This document shows, piece after piece, positions 10,459-20,383 of a stretch of DNA of 64,000 nucleotides (within the stretch, counting starts at the first letter, position 1; each line of letters begins with the position of its first letter). Origin of the DNA: Bacteroidia bacterium. Lineage in GTDB: Bacteria > Bacteroidota > Bacteroidia > NS11-12g > UBA955. The stretch is taken from NCBI GenBank assembly GCA_041391605.1, contig JAWKNQ010000003.1, positions 14,724 through 78,723 on the forward strand, given 5' to 3'. Made by a program: the position numbers and the translations under genes. The notes under the pieces were generated by a model that worked only from the letters and a program-made list of their open reading frames with translations, was not told where the DNA came from and searched no databases.

Positions 10459-11817
10459 TTATAAATTTTTTACTGCGGCTTTGTACTGCCAACCTCTGTC
10501 TTCATAATTTGAAAACAAATCAAAACTTGCACATGCCGGAGAAAGTAAAACTACATCTCCTTTATTTGCAAATCTTTTCGCTACAGCAACCGCTTCTTCT
10601 GCACTGCTTGTATTAAGCATCAAATCTACATCCTTGCCAAATGCAGCATGTATTTTATTATTGTCTAGTCCCATACAAACAATAACTTTTACTTTCTCCC
10701 TGATTAATGGAAGTAAAGAAGAATAATCATTGCCTTTATCAACCCCACCGACTATCCATACAACTGGTTTTTCCATACTTTCTAGAGCATACCATGTTGA
10801 ATTGACATTTGTAGCTTTTGAATCGTTGATAAAATCAACGCCCCCAACTGTTGCTACATATTCTAGTCGGTGTTCGACGTTTTGAAAGTCGGTTAAACTT
10901 TCTCTAATGATGTCCTTTCGAATGTTGAGGACATTAGCAGCTATGGCCGCAGCCATACTGTTGTAACTGTTGTGAATGCCTTTTAAGGCGAATTCATTAA
11001 TAAACATAATTGCTTGTTGTTGTTTAGTGAGGTTTGTTTGTTTGTAATCGAGTAAGTATAATTGTTTATCGGCTACATATGCACCGATATTAAGTGTCTT
11101 GTAATACGAAAATGGAAGCTTCTGAGCTTTGGTAGGATGTGTTTCTAAATTTGAAACTATAGTCTCATCATCCGCACAATAAATTAGAAAATCTGTACTT
11201 GTTTGATTGGCTGTAATCTTAAATTTTGAATCAATATAATTCTGAAAATTGTATTCATAACGATCCAAATGATCTGGTGTAATATTGCATAAAATTGCAA
11301 TATCTGCCCTAAAAGTGTAAGTGTCATCAAGTTGAAAACTACTAAGTTCTAAAACATAATACTCATAGGTACCATCTGCAACTTGTCGTGCGTAGCTTCT
11401 TCCTACATTTCCACCCAATCCTACATTAAATCCAGCTTTCTTTAATAGATGATAACACAACATAGTTGTTGTAGTTTTGCCATTTGTTCCCGTTATGGCT
11501 ATATGCTTGGCTTTAGTAAATTGATGTGCAAATTCAATCTCCGAAACAATTGGAATATTCAATGCTTTAATCTTTTGGATTAGATTTGTATTATTTGGAA
11601 TGCCTGGACTTTTAATAATAAGATCTGCATTTAGAATCAAGTCTTCAGAATGCCCTTCTTCCTCGTAAGCAATTTTAGCCACATCGAGTTCAAGTTTGTA
11701 TTTTTCTTGTATTTGTCCAGCATCTGAAACAAAAACTTGAAAGTCGTGTTTTAAACCGAGTATTGCACAACCAGTTCCACTTTCTCCAGCACCTAATATG
11801 ACTAAACGTTTACCCAA
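10459..11817 (-). CDS. murD: UDP-N-acetylmuramoylalanine--D-glutamate ligase
   Basis: Motif GTNGKTTTT, Mur ligase layout and dcw position. Confidence 0.95.
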   Translation of the reverse strand: MGKRLVILGAGESGTGCAILGLKHDFQVFVSDAGQIQEKYKLELDVAKIAYEEEGHSEDLILNADLIIKSPGIPNNTNLIQKIKALNIPIVSEIEFAHQFTKAKHIAITGTNGKTTTTMLCYHLLKKAGFNVGLGGNVGRSYARQVADGTYEYYVLELSSFQLDDTYTFRADIAILCNITPDHLDRYEYNFQNYIDSKFKITANQTSTDFLIYCADDETIVSNLETHPTKAQKLPFSYYKTLNIGAYVADKQLYLLDYKQTNLTKQQQAIMFINEFALKGIHNSYNSMAAAIAANVLNIRKDIIRESLTDFQNVEHRLEYVATVGGVDFINDSKATNVNSTWYALESMEKPVVWIVGGVDKGNDYSSLLPLIREKVKVIVCMGLDNNKIHAAFGKDVDLMLNTSSAEEAVAVAKRFANKGDVVLLSPACASFDLFSNYEDRGWQYKAAVKNL

Positions 11818-11818
11818 A

Positions 11819-13072
11819 TTATCTAAGTTTTAAAGTTATAATGGACAAAACGGCTAAAATGATTCCAATGATCCAAAACCTGGTGACGATTTTTGCTTCA
11901 TGAAAACCTTTCTTTTGAAAGTGATGATGAATTGGTGACATTAAAAATATTCGTCTCCCTTCTCCATATTTTTTTCGAGTGTATTTAAAGTATCCTACTT
12001 GCATCATAACACTCACATTCTCTATTAAGAACACCCCACATAAGATTGGGATTAACAGCTCTTTTCGAATGATAATTGCAAGAGCAGCAATAACAGCTCC
12101 TATCATCAAACTTCCTGTATCTCCCATAAACACCTGAGCTGGATAACTGTTGTACCACAAGAATCCAATGCATGCACCCACAAATGCACCTGCAAATACA
12201 AATAGTTCACCTAGAAATGGGATATACATGATGTTCAAATAATTGGCGAACAAAATATTTCCAGACACAAATGCAAACAGCCCTAAAGTGGTTCCAATAA
12301 TCGCAGAAGACCCTGCAGCCAATCCATCTATACCATCTGTTATGTTTGCTCCATTTGAAACAGCAGTTATGATAAAAATGACAATTAATACATAAAAAAT
12401 CCAAGAGTACTTTGAATTCATTCCAAGTAGTTTTGTGATACTTGAATAATCAAATTCTGAGAATTTAAAAAATGGAATGGTTGTCTTAAGTGTTTTCTCA
12501 TTTTTAGTATAAAATTTAGTACCTTGAATTACGCTTGAATTCATTTGAGTGATATCTAAATTTTGTTCAAGAACTTGCTTTTCAGTGTAGTGATTTGTCA
12601 CAACAACTGCAGGATTAAAATACAAGGTTAAACCAACTAATAAACCCACAATAATTTGTCCCATAACTTTAAACTTGCCTGACAAACCAGCTTTATCCTT
12701 TTTAAAAACTTTTATATAATCATCAACGAAACCAATTAAACCTGAAAGAACAGTTACAGCAATCATCAATAACACATACACATTATTTAGCCTAGCTAAT
12801 AATAATGTGGGAATTAGTATTGCTCCCACCATAATTAAGCCTCCCATTGTTGGAGTTCCTTTTTTGGTTTCTTCGCCTTGTAAACCCAAATTTCGAATAG
12901 TTTCTGACACCTGTAATTTGTGTAGCATATTTATTAGACGTCGTCCGAAAACAGCCGAGATTGTCAAGGATAAAATGGCAGCCAATCCCATCCTAAAAGT
13001 GAGATACTTCCATACACCTAAACCCCAAATGTCATAGTGTTGATCAAGATATGTAAAAAGGTGATATAACAT
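11819..13072 (-). CDS. mraY: phospho-N-acetylmuramoyl-pentapeptide transferase
   Basis: Motifs PTMGG, DGIDGLA and HHHF, in a polytopic protein. Confidence 0.95.
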   Translation of the reverse strand: MLYHLFTYLDQHYDIWGLGVWKYLTFRMGLAAILSLTISAVFGRRLINMLHKLQVSETIRNLGLQGEETKKGTPTMGGLIMVGAILIPTLLLARLNNVYVLLMIAVTVLSGLIGFVDDYIKVFKKDKAGLSGKFKVMGQIIVGLLVGLTLYFNPAVVVTNHYTEKQVLEQNLDITQMNSSVIQGTKFYTKNEKTLKTTIPFFKFSEFDYSSITKLLGMNSKYSWIFYVLIVIFIITAVSNGANITDGIDGLAAGSSAIIGTTLGLFAFVSGNILFANYLNIMYIPFLGELFVFAGAFVGACIGFLWYNSYPAQVFMGDTGSLMIGAVIAALAIIIRKELLIPILCGVFLIENVSVMMQVGYFKYTRKKYGEGRRIFLMSPIHHHFQKKGFHEAKIVTRFWIIGIILAVLSIITLKLR

Positions 13073-13073
13073 A

Positions 13074-14537
13074 TTATTGCTGTTGTTTAAAAAATTCTGT
13101 TAATATTTCCCTATCATCAAAAGGGTATCTTACGCCTTCAATTTCCTGATAAGTTTCATGTCCTTTTCCAGCTATGAGAATGATGTCTTTTGGTTTACTC
13201 ATCATCACTGCTGTTTTTATGGCTTCTTTTCTATCTGCAATTTTTAGAACCTTTTTGTAGTCGTTTGGTCTCACTCCATTCAGCATTTCTTCAATTATGG
13301 TTTGTGGATTTTCATTTCTTGGATTGTCACTTGTAAAAATCACCTTATCACTTTTCATTGCAGCCACATTTCCCATGAGTGGTCTTTTTTCTTTATCTCT
13401 ATTTCCTCCACATCCAGCAACAGTTATCAATTGTTCATTTCCGCTGCGGATGCTGTGAATTGATCCAAGCACATTTTCCAATGCGTCAGGGGTATGCGCA
13501 TAGTCAATAATCCCTATTCTTCCATCTGCACTTTTATATACTTCAAATCGTCCATTTACACGGCCCTGCTTTGATAAATGCATCAGTATTTCACTGCTTT
13601 CAATTCCCAATAAGAATGCCGTTGAATACGCCGCAAGAATATTGTATGCATTAAATTTTCCAATCAACCCAAACCATGTATCCTGATTGTCTATTTTCAG
13701 TAGTAATCCATCAAAGTCGCTTTCCAATATTCTACACACAAAGTCAGCGGATGATTTTACAGCATACGTGTATTTTGTTGCCTTTGAATTTTGAAGCATC
13801 ACCATACCATTCCTATCATCTTTGTTTGTCAATGCAAATGCATCTCGAGACAAATTGTCAAAGAATTGTTTTTTTGCTTTTAAATAATTGTCGAATGTGT
13901 GATGATAATCGAGATGATCGTGAGTGATATTAGAGAATACCCCACCATCAAAATCTAATGCATTCGTTCTGCCTTGAACAATGGCATGAGAACTCACTTC
14001 CATGAAACAAAACTGACACTCTGATTCTAACATTTCATTTAGTAACGCATTTAATCGTATAGGGTCAGGAGTAGTGTGGGTACTATTAAATACAGTGTCA
14101 TTAACTGTGTACTCAACTGTGCTTATTAATCCGCATTTATAACCCAATGATCTCATTAAATGATGCAACATTGTACAGATGCTAGTTTTCCCGTTGGTAC
14201 CAGTAACCCCTATTAATTTTAATTTCTTAGATGGATGTTTGTAAAAAGCAGAAGCAAAATAAGCAACAGATTGTTGTACATCATCTACTACTACATATGT
14301 AACAGATTCGTACAATTTATTTGGCAATTCACTACATACGACAACAGATGCCCCAGCAGCAATAACTTGTGGAATGAAGATATGAGCATCTGTAGAGCTT
14401 CCTTTAACAGCAAAGAACATCGAATTAGATCCAACTTGCCTAGAATCCAATTCAAGTGAATCAACCCTACTGTTTTCAGAACCCTTAATCTCAAGAATTC
14501 CTTCGTATTGTGCGATATCTTTTAAAAGCATGCTCAT
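13074..14537 (-). CDS. murE: UDP-MurNAc-tripeptide synthetase (meso-DAP/L-Lys adding enzyme)
   Basis: Motifs [10 protein letters not shown] and DNPR, plus dcw position. Confidence 0.93.
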   Translation of the reverse strand: MSMLLKDIAQYEGILEIKGSENSRVDSLELDSRQVGSNSMFFAVKGSSTDAHIFIPQVIAAGASVVVCSELPNKLYESVTYVVVDDVQQSVAYFASAFYKHPSKKLKLIGVTGTNGKTSICTMLHHLMRSLGYKCGLISTVEYTVNDTVFNSTHTTPDPIRLNALLNEMLESECQFCFMEVSSHAIVQGRTNALDFDGGVFSNITHDHLDYHHTFDNYLKAKKQFFDNLSRDAFALTNKDDRNGMVMLQNSKATKYTYAVKSSADFVCRILESDFDGLLLKIDNQDTWFGLIGKFNAYNILAAYSTAFLLGIESSEILMHLSKQGRVNGRFEVYKSADGRIGIIDYAHTPDALENVLGSIHSIRSGNEQLITVAGCGGNRDKEKRPLMGNVAAMKSDKVIFTSDNPRNENPQTIIEEMLNGVRPNDYKKVLKIADRKEAIKTAVMMSKPKDIILIAGKGHETYQEIEGVRYPFDDREILTEFFKQQQ

Positions 14538-16636
14538 GTGGATAATCGCAAAAAAATTATACTCCCTTTTACCAATTGTGTTCCAGGTGAAAGCGATTGA
14601 TAAATTACTCTTCCAAAACCTTCCACAATTACCTTTACTCCTCTATTCTCTAAAATGTAAATTGCATCACGTATACCCATTCCCTTCACATCTGGAATCT
14701 TTGTTAAATCTGATTCGAGTTCTTTTAAGTCAATGGATTGTATATCTGCAGATGATTTAACCCATTCGCTTTCAGCACTACCAAGAACTTGATGACTACT
14801 AATTTCAAGGTGGTTTAAAACATATTTGATATCATCTTTACTTCCATTTTTAACACTCGGCATTTCACTGCGTTCATTTGCTAATAATGGCTTGTGTAAA
14901 GATACATTTGTACTAAACACCTTATCTGCAATTTCCTTAAAAACTGGGCCTGCAATAGCACCTCCATAATACACTCCCTTTGTTGGAGCATTTATTACCA
15001 CTATACAACTGTATCTGGGGTTATCTGCAGGAAAATATCCGACAAAAGAAGCTTTATGAGAACTTTTATCGTACCCTTTGCCTTTCATGGCTATCTGAGC
15101 TGTGCCAGTTTTTCCAGCCACTTTATAATCTAAGCCTTTTAAGTTTTGTGCTGTACCTTTTTCTACAACCCCTTCGAGCAGTTTCTTCAATTTATCCAAT
15201 GTTTCTTTGCTGCAAATTTTCTGGTTCAATACTTCAGGTTTATTGCTTTGAATCGTCTTTCCAAATTCTTTAACACCTGTTACCAAATATGGCTTCATTA
15301 ACACCCCATTGTTTGCAATAGCATTATAAACTGATAAAATTTGCATGGGTGTAATCTCCATTTCATACCCTATACTCATAAATGGAAGGGACACACCACT
15401 CCATGCATTATCTGAGGAGTTCTTTAACAGTGGATCTCGCGTTGATTTAATATCAAATGGAAGCTTTTTATTTAGACCTAAATTGAAGGCATATTTAAGA
15501 AACTTCTCAGGTTGATCTTTGTAATATCTTTCAATAGACTTTGCAATTCCGACATTACTCGAATGCTCAAATATATACTCAAAGGTTACTTTCTTATAAG
15601 GCGAGGCGTGTGCATCAACCATTTTTAATGGGCCAAATTGTGTTTCCCCCCATTCAATGTCAACTGAATCCTCTAACTGAATGTACTTATCTTCTAAAAG
15701 TGCCATTGCACTTATAATTTTAAAGGTGCTTCCAGGATCTGAAAACTCATTAACTGCATAGTTCTCTGCTTCTGAATAGGTGTTGTCTGAATTTCTTTTA
15801 AGATTAGCTATTGCTTTTATAGCTCCTGTTTTTACTTCCATTAATAGCGCACACCCATGGTCTGCATCATTATCTATCAAACATTGCTTCAAGGCATTTT
15901 CCGCAACATCCTGAATATTGATATCTAAAGTTGTATAAACATCAAATCCATTTCTTGGCTCAAGTTCTGCGCTATTGTCAACAGGTTTCCATACCCCTCC
16001 GTAAATTCTTTGTTCAAGTCTTTTTCCAACTGTACCTGACAGAAATGAATCGTATGAGCCTTCAAGTCCTACTCCAGTTCCAGTTTGATTGATATAACCT
16101 ACAGTTCTGAATGCCAATTGGCCGAATGGAATCTCTCTCTTAAACTTTTCAATTTTTATAAAGCCACCCTTGTATTTTCCCAAGTTAAAGATTGGCCATG
16201 TTTCCATTTCTTTTACACTTGTGTAATCAACATCTCTTCTAATCAAAAGGTAGCGCTCTCCTCTTTGTCTTGCAGATGCTAAATAATTCTTCCACTCGTT
16301 AGCGCTTCTATCTTGAAATTTCAAGGCCAATTGAATTGCCAATTGCTCTACATTATTGTTAAAAAAGTCGTTGGTGATGGATTCAACCTTGGTATCCATT
16401 CGAATTTCGTACTTAGGTATACTGGTAGCTAAAAGACTTCCATCCTCGGCATAAATATTACCACGAGATGCTTGAATTTCTCGCCATTTTGTACTTTGTT
16501 TCTTTGCTATACTTAAGTACTTATCTTTTTGTGTGAATTGAAGATCTACAATTTGCCAAATAATTGAAACAGCCAATATCAACACCATGACAAAGGCAAT
16601 CCAAGATCTTAACAATATTGCTTTTTTTAGATTCAC
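14534..16636 (-). CDS. ftsI: class B penicillin-binding protein (FtsI/PBP3-like transpeptidase)
   Basis: SxxK (GSTFKI), SxN (HSSNVG) and KTG (AGKTGTA) motifs, with an N-terminal TM anchor. Confidence 0.93.
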   Translation of the reverse strand: MNLKKAILLRSWIAFVMVLILAVSIIWQIVDLQFTQKDKYLSIAKKQSTKWREIQASRGNIYAEDGSLLATSIPKYEIRMDTKVESITNDFFNNNVEQLAIQLALKFQDRSANEWKNYLASARQRGERYLLIRRDVDYTSVKEMETWPIFNLGKYKGGFIKIEKFKREIPFGQLAFRTVGYINQTGTGVGLEGSYDSFLSGTVGKRLEQRIYGGVWKPVDNSAELEPRNGFDVYTTLDINIQDVAENALKQCLIDNDADHGCALLMEVKTGAIKAIANLKRNSDNTYSEAENYAVNEFSDPGSTFKIISAMALLEDKYIQLEDSVDIEWGETQFGPLKMVDAHASPYKKVTFEYIFEHSSNVGIAKSIERYYKDQPEKFLKYAFNLGLNKKLPFDIKSTRDPLLKNSSDNAWSGVSLPFMSIGYEMEITPMQILSVYNAIANNGVLMKPYLVTGVKEFGKTIQSNKPEVLNQKICSKETLDKLKKLLEGVVEKGTAQNLKGLDYKVAGKTGTAQIAMKGKGYDKSSHKASFVGYFPADNPRYSCIVVINAPTKGVYYGGAIAGPVFKEIADKVFSTNVSLHKPLLANERSEMPSVKNGSKDDIKYVLNHLEISSHQVLGSAESEWVKSSADIQSIDLKELESDLTKIPDVKGMGIRDAIYILENRGVKVIVEGFGRVIYQSLSPGTQLVKGSIIFLRLST

Positions 16637-17013
16637 TTCTTTTCGTTTTCTATAAGTATTGGAGGTGTTCTCAGTTCTTTAATTCCATCTAATTCTAAGC
16701 GTTTCGCAACTTCACTTTGATTACTGCGTTTCATCAACTGACTTTTAACACTTATATATTCACTTCTCAATTCATTTAATTCACTTTTAAGCAATTCTTT
16801 TTCCTTTAAACTTTTTACATGAAAATGAGAAAGAGCTATATAGACAATCGTTAAAAAAACAGTCAAAAAAATTGGAGGTAACAATCTTTCTAAACCTTCT
16901 TTGTTTTTCAAAAATGAACCATCACTAAACTTCTTTAGCATGTCATCAGCATTTGAATTCACAGGAATTTTATTTACTACTTCTTGTTTGGTATTTTCTT
17001 TAAACTGATTCAA
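16633..17013 (-). CDS. ftsL: FtsL-like small bitopic division protein
   Basis: 126 aa with a single TM segment followed by a coiled-coil. It lies between rsmH and ftsI and overlaps both neighbours. Confidence 0.7.
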   Translation of the reverse strand: MNQFKENTKQEVVNKIPVNSNADDMLKKFSDGSFLKNKEGLERLLPPIFLTVFLTIVYIALSHFHVKSLKEKELLKSELNELRSEYISVKSQLMKRSNQSEVAKRLELDGIKELRTPPILIENEKK

Positions 17014-17932
17014 TCTTTTCCGCTATTCTTAATTTTGCACTTCTTGATCTCTTGTTTTGGACAAGCTCTTCTTCACTTGGGGTTATCGGCTTTTTATTAA
17101 TTAATTTATAAAAACTTGTTTTTTTTCCGTAAAAATCTTTCTCCAATTCACCTGAAATATTCCCTGAATTGAAATAATTTTTAACCATTCGATCTTCTAA
17201 AGAATGGTAACTCATCACCACAAATCGCCCACCGTCTTTTAACACCTTGTATGAGTTTTCAAGCAATAATTCTAAAACTTTCATTTCATTATTGACTTCT
17301 ATACGCAGTGCCTGAAATACCTGAGATAAGTACTTACTCTCTTCTTTTTGTGGCGTACAATCCTTTATTGCCTCTTTAAATTCCTCTATGGTTCTGATTG
17401 GTTTTAATTTTCGCTTCTCCTCTAGTATTGTGACTAATTTAAATGCATTCTTAATCTCTCCATAGGTGTTAAAGATTCTCAATAATTCTTTCTGACTGTA
17501 ATGATTAATTATCTCATTTGCCTTAATTGTGGAATCTTTATCCATCCTCATATCCAATTCACCGCTCAATCGATGCGCAAATCCTTTACTACCTTCATTT
17601 ATTTGATAAGAGGATATTCCTAAATCCGCCAATATTCCATCTACTGGAGAAGCTTTGAGGTAATTTAAAAATTGCTTGATGTATTTAAAGTTGTGATTGA
17701 TAAAAACCAAACGCGAATCATCTGGAAGATTTCCTATGGCATCCGCATCTTGGTCAAAGGCATACAAACGGCCTTCTTCTCCCAAATGTTTTAAGATTTC
17801 TTTAGAATGTCCACCACCTCCAAATGTGACATCCACATAAGTTCCATCTTTCTTAATATTGAGCCCTTCGATGCACTCTTTAAGCATTACTGGAAGATGG
17901 TATGCCTCAGTCGTTTTTACCATTTGTATCAA
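17000..17932 (-). CDS. rsmH: 16S rRNA (cytosine1402-N4)-methyltransferase
   Basis: Motifs HLPVML and DVTFGGGGHS. The real start may be the Met at 17923, because the track ORF overlaps mraZ by 26 nt. Confidence 0.93.
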   Translation of the reverse strand: MIQMVKTTEAYHLPVMLKECIEGLNIKKDGTYVDVTFGGGGHSKEILKHLGEEGRLYAFDQDADAIGNLPDDSRLVFINHNFKYIKQFLNYLKASPVDGILADLGISSYQINEGSKGFAHRLSGELDMRMDKDSTIKANEIINHYSQKELLRIFNTYGEIKNAFKLVTILEEKRKLKPIRTIEEFKEAIKDCTPQKEESKYLSQVFQALRIEVNNEMKVLELLLENSYKVLKDGGRFVVMSYHSLEDRMVKNYFNSGNISGELEKDFYGKKTSFYKLINKKPITPSEEELVQNKRSRSAKLRIAEKIESV

Positions 17933-18398
17933 AATTTGTTTCGTTGCCTGAATTTGGTTTTCCCATCAATTCTTCCGCCATCTTAGAAAACTCCTTATCA
18001 TCAAATTTCAACTCTTCTTCATAATGTGATTTATCCCAAATTTCAATTTTATGGTTGTAACAAGAAATTACAATCTCTCCAGAAAGTGAAGCATAATCAA
18101 TTAAGTTGTTTGGGATATTTATACGACTATTAGAATCTATTGGAACAATGTTGGCTCCATTGTTAAATTGTCGAATAAATTTTCTAGCCATTCGATTAAA
18201 ATCGTTCAAGACTTCTAACTTCTTAGTTTCCATCGTCCAGTCAGCAGAAGTGTAAAGCACTAAACATTTTTCAAAGCCACGATTTATCACCATTGCTTTG
18301 GCATCCTTATCTGGAATTTGAGCGCGCAACTTCGAAGGGAGAATAATCCTCCCTTTGTTGTCAATTTTACATTCAAATTCTCCGATAAACCTAGCCAT
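17907..18398 (-). CDS. mraZ: transcriptional regulator MraZ
   Basis: Two DxxxR motifs (DNKGRIILP and DSNSRINIP). It is the first gene of the dcw cluster. Confidence 0.93.
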   Translation of the reverse strand: MARFIGEFECKIDNKGRIILPSKLRAQIPDKDAKAMVINRGFEKCLVLYTSADWTMETKKLEVLNDFNRMARKFIRQFNNGANIVPIDSNSRINIPNNLIDYASLSGEIVISCYNHKIEIWDKSHYEEELKFDDKEFSKMAEELMGKPNSGNETNFDTNGKND

Positions 18399-18439
18399 TC
18401 AGTACTTGCAAATAATTTTGTAAAATAAATTCAAAAAAT

Positions 18440-18470
18440 CCACTTTTCTCCACTTTTCTCCACTTTGTGG
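18440..18470 (-). promoter_or_regulatory. putative MraZ operator: three direct AAAGTGG boxes with 3-nt spacers (10-bp phasing), plus an inverted CCAC half-site
   Basis: The minus-sense sequence is CCACAAAGTGGAGAAAAGTGGAGAAAAGTGGATTTTTT, ending 41 nt upstream of the mraZ ATG. Confidence 0.65.
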
Positions 18471-18589
18471 AAAAATAATTTTCAACATACATATATGTAT
18501 TTGTTTTTGTGATAGTTATGTTGAGTAATTCAATTACATGATTTTTTAATTATGTCCGATACATGACATTTAATTAAGTTTTCGAGTCT

Positions 18590-18597
18590 TACATTTG
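18590..18597 (+). promoter_or_regulatory. -7 box TACATTTG, 4 nt upstream of the ATG of the decayed OMP gene
   Basis: Exact TAnnTTTG match. Confidence 0.35.
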
Positions 18598-18601
18598 TAA
18601 A

Positions 18602-19507
18602 ATGAAAGATTTTTGTTCGTACTATTAAGTCAATTTGCTTTTAATCAATTGTTTTCAGGGTTGCAGCGACGCAGGTGTTTGTTCAATAGGAGGAATGCAA
18701 AGCCATGGTGAAAATGATAAAAATATAGCCTTGCTCTCACATGAGTTTTGCCACTGGCGAACAAAAGGTTCAAATCGTGATTCCACAACTTGAATTTAAT
18801 GCTAAATTGAATGATAAAAACGCTTTACAGTTAAAATTACCCTATAGTTTTATTTCTGGAAATCTTGGGTCGAATAATGGATTGGGAGATATCACTTTGA
18901 GCTTTTCAAAAAAATCTTTTTGAATCTGATAAGGAATTAAAAATTGGATTGAATTTTAGTATTAAATATGGTGTCAATAAATCGGATGCAAAAATTAACT
19001 CATTAAATTTGCCAATGCCTTATCAAACCAGCTTAGAACACATGATTTATTAATTGGATTTGATGCAAAACTATCGAATAAATGGTTGTATGCAATTGGA
19101 TTTCAAATGCCAATTTATCAATTTAATGAAAATGGATATGATACTGCAAAATTCACAAGTAATTTGCCTGAGCAAAAGCAGTATTTCACATCCAATTTAC
19201 TATTCAGAAGACCTGATTTAGTTATTCGATTGATCGTCAATTCAAACTTGGAACTAAATCATTTCTCAGTGCAGGTGTTATTACCGATATATCATTTGGG
19301 TCATGACCGATACACTGGATACAAGTGACAAGATTATGTAATGTATGAAGTAAAGGGCTTACTTTTAATGTAAATTTAGGATAATATGATCCTGAATCAT
19401 TTTCTGCTAGTCTTCGCTATGCTAGTCCCTTGTTAGTGCGAAAAGTAAGACCAGACGGTTTAACTAGATCTTATGTTGCAGGTATAGAATTGAAATACGC
19501 TTTCTAG
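18602..19507 (+). pseudogene. decayed outer-membrane beta-barrel protein gene (about 300 codons, at least 6 frameshifts and 2 in-frame stops)
   Basis: Hand stitching across the three frames gives MK.FLFVLLSQFAFNQLFSGCSDAGVCSIGGMQSHGENDKNIALLSHEFATGEQKVQIVIPQLEFNAKLNDKNALQLKLPYSFISGNLGSNNGLGDITLSFSKK.LFESDKELKIGLNFSIKYGV...PMPYQTSLGTHDLLIGFDAKLSNKWLYAIGFQMPIY...RPDGLTRSYVAGIELKYAF*. The product has a signal peptide and a C-terminal aromatic residue. Confidence 0.7.
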
Positions 19508-19965
19508 AGTATTTCTTTTCTGTTGTATGCGATGTAATCCGTTACCATTGCAGTTTTACCTTCTTGAACTAATAATTGATTAATCTGCCCTCTGTGATAG
19601 GTAGCGTGATTGAATAAATGTAAAAACATTTCCGAAATAGTATTCTCAAATCGTTGCCTTTTTGTATTAACATATTGAATTACTTGGTTTAAGTCTTTTG
19701 TTTCAATATATAACTTTGTTTGCTCGAAATTGATTGAATTTTGTTCTAAGAGTTCATTATATGGTCTAATTTCAAATACTTTAACGCCCGATCTTTTTCC
19801 TTCAATTCTCTCTAACCAAATTTGATGCGCAGTTACAGTGTGAGAGATTAAAACATGTATTCGTTCGTTCTCTGGTTGATGCTGCATTAAATGTCGAATC
19901 ATGTCAGAATTCACGGTATATGTATAAGTGTTAAGGTCTGTTAGAAAATTATTACTACTCTCCAT
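19504..19965 (-). CDS. DinB-family (four-helix bundle, metal-binding) protein
   Basis: The pattern HLFNHATYHRGQINQLL is typical of DinB/YfiT-like proteins. I place the start at MESSNN (19965), not at the track start (19986), because a TATCTTTG -7 box sits at 19970..19977. Confidence 0.6.
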   Translation of the reverse strand: MESSNNFLTDLNTYTYTVNSDMIRHLMQHQPENERIHVLISHTVTAHQIWLERIEGKRSGVKVFEIRPYNELLEQNSINFEQTKLYIETKDLNQVIQYVNTKRQRFENTISEMFLHLFNHATYHRGQINQLLVQEGKTAMVTDYIAYNRKEIL

Positions 19966-19969
19966 AATG

Positions 19970-19977
19970 CAAAGATA
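19970..19977 (-). promoter_or_regulatory. -7 box TATCTTTG, 4 nt upstream of the MESSNN start of the DinB-family gene
   Basis: Exact TAnnTTTG match on the minus strand. Confidence 0.4.
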
Positions 19978-20017
19978 AAAGAACATCTTATAAATTGCCT
20001 TAAATGAATTAATTCAT

Positions 20018-20025
20018 TAGCTTTG
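20018..20025 (+). promoter_or_regulatory. -7 box TAGCTTTG, 17 nt upstream of the ORF at 20043
   Basis: Exact TAnnTTTG match. Confidence 0.3.
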
Positions 20026-20042
20026 TAAGACTTGTATAACTT

Positions 20043-20345
20043 ATGGTTCCTATTATCGATTATTATGGATTAATAATATATTTCAAAAACGAAGCTGTTC
20101 TGCCAATTCAGGTTTTCGGCAAGAGAAATGAATTATTAAGTAAAGCAACAATAAACTTTGAAAATGGCCTTCTAATGCCTATTCAAATTGACACATCACA
20201 TTCAACCTTAGATGAAGTCGATATGAAGAATTTCAAATTGCTTGTAGAGAAAAACAGCAGTGAAATTATTAAATTATGGTTGGATAATTTTCTTTACAAA
20301 AATCCCATCGAAGTAGACATTATAAAACAAAAACTTGTTGAATAA
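20043..20345 (+). CDS. hypothetical 100-aa protein
   Basis: Single clean ORF with its own -7 box. I cannot make a confident family assignment. Confidence 0.4.
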   Translation: MVPIIDYYGLIIYFKNEAVLPIQVFGKRNELLSKATINFENGLLMPIQIDTSHSTLDEVDMKNFKLLVEKNSSEIIKLWLDNFLYKNPIEVDIIKQKLVE

Positions 20346-20383
20346 TCTACTTCTAATAAACAATGAAAAGCTTTATTTCTTAA

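Noticed and set aside
18488-18501. A perfect 14-bp palindrome, ATACATATATGTAT, upstream of the MraZ boxes, considered as a second operator.
   Set aside because: AT-only palindromes of this length are common by chance in AT-rich intergenic DNA, and I saw no second copy or phasing to support a function.
20043-20345. The 100-aa ORF reminded me of DUF4160-type small proteins that have lost the His motif, raising the idea of an orphan toxin-antitoxin-like element.
   Set aside because: The resemblance is from memory only and weak. There is no partner gene, and it cannot be verified without a profile search.
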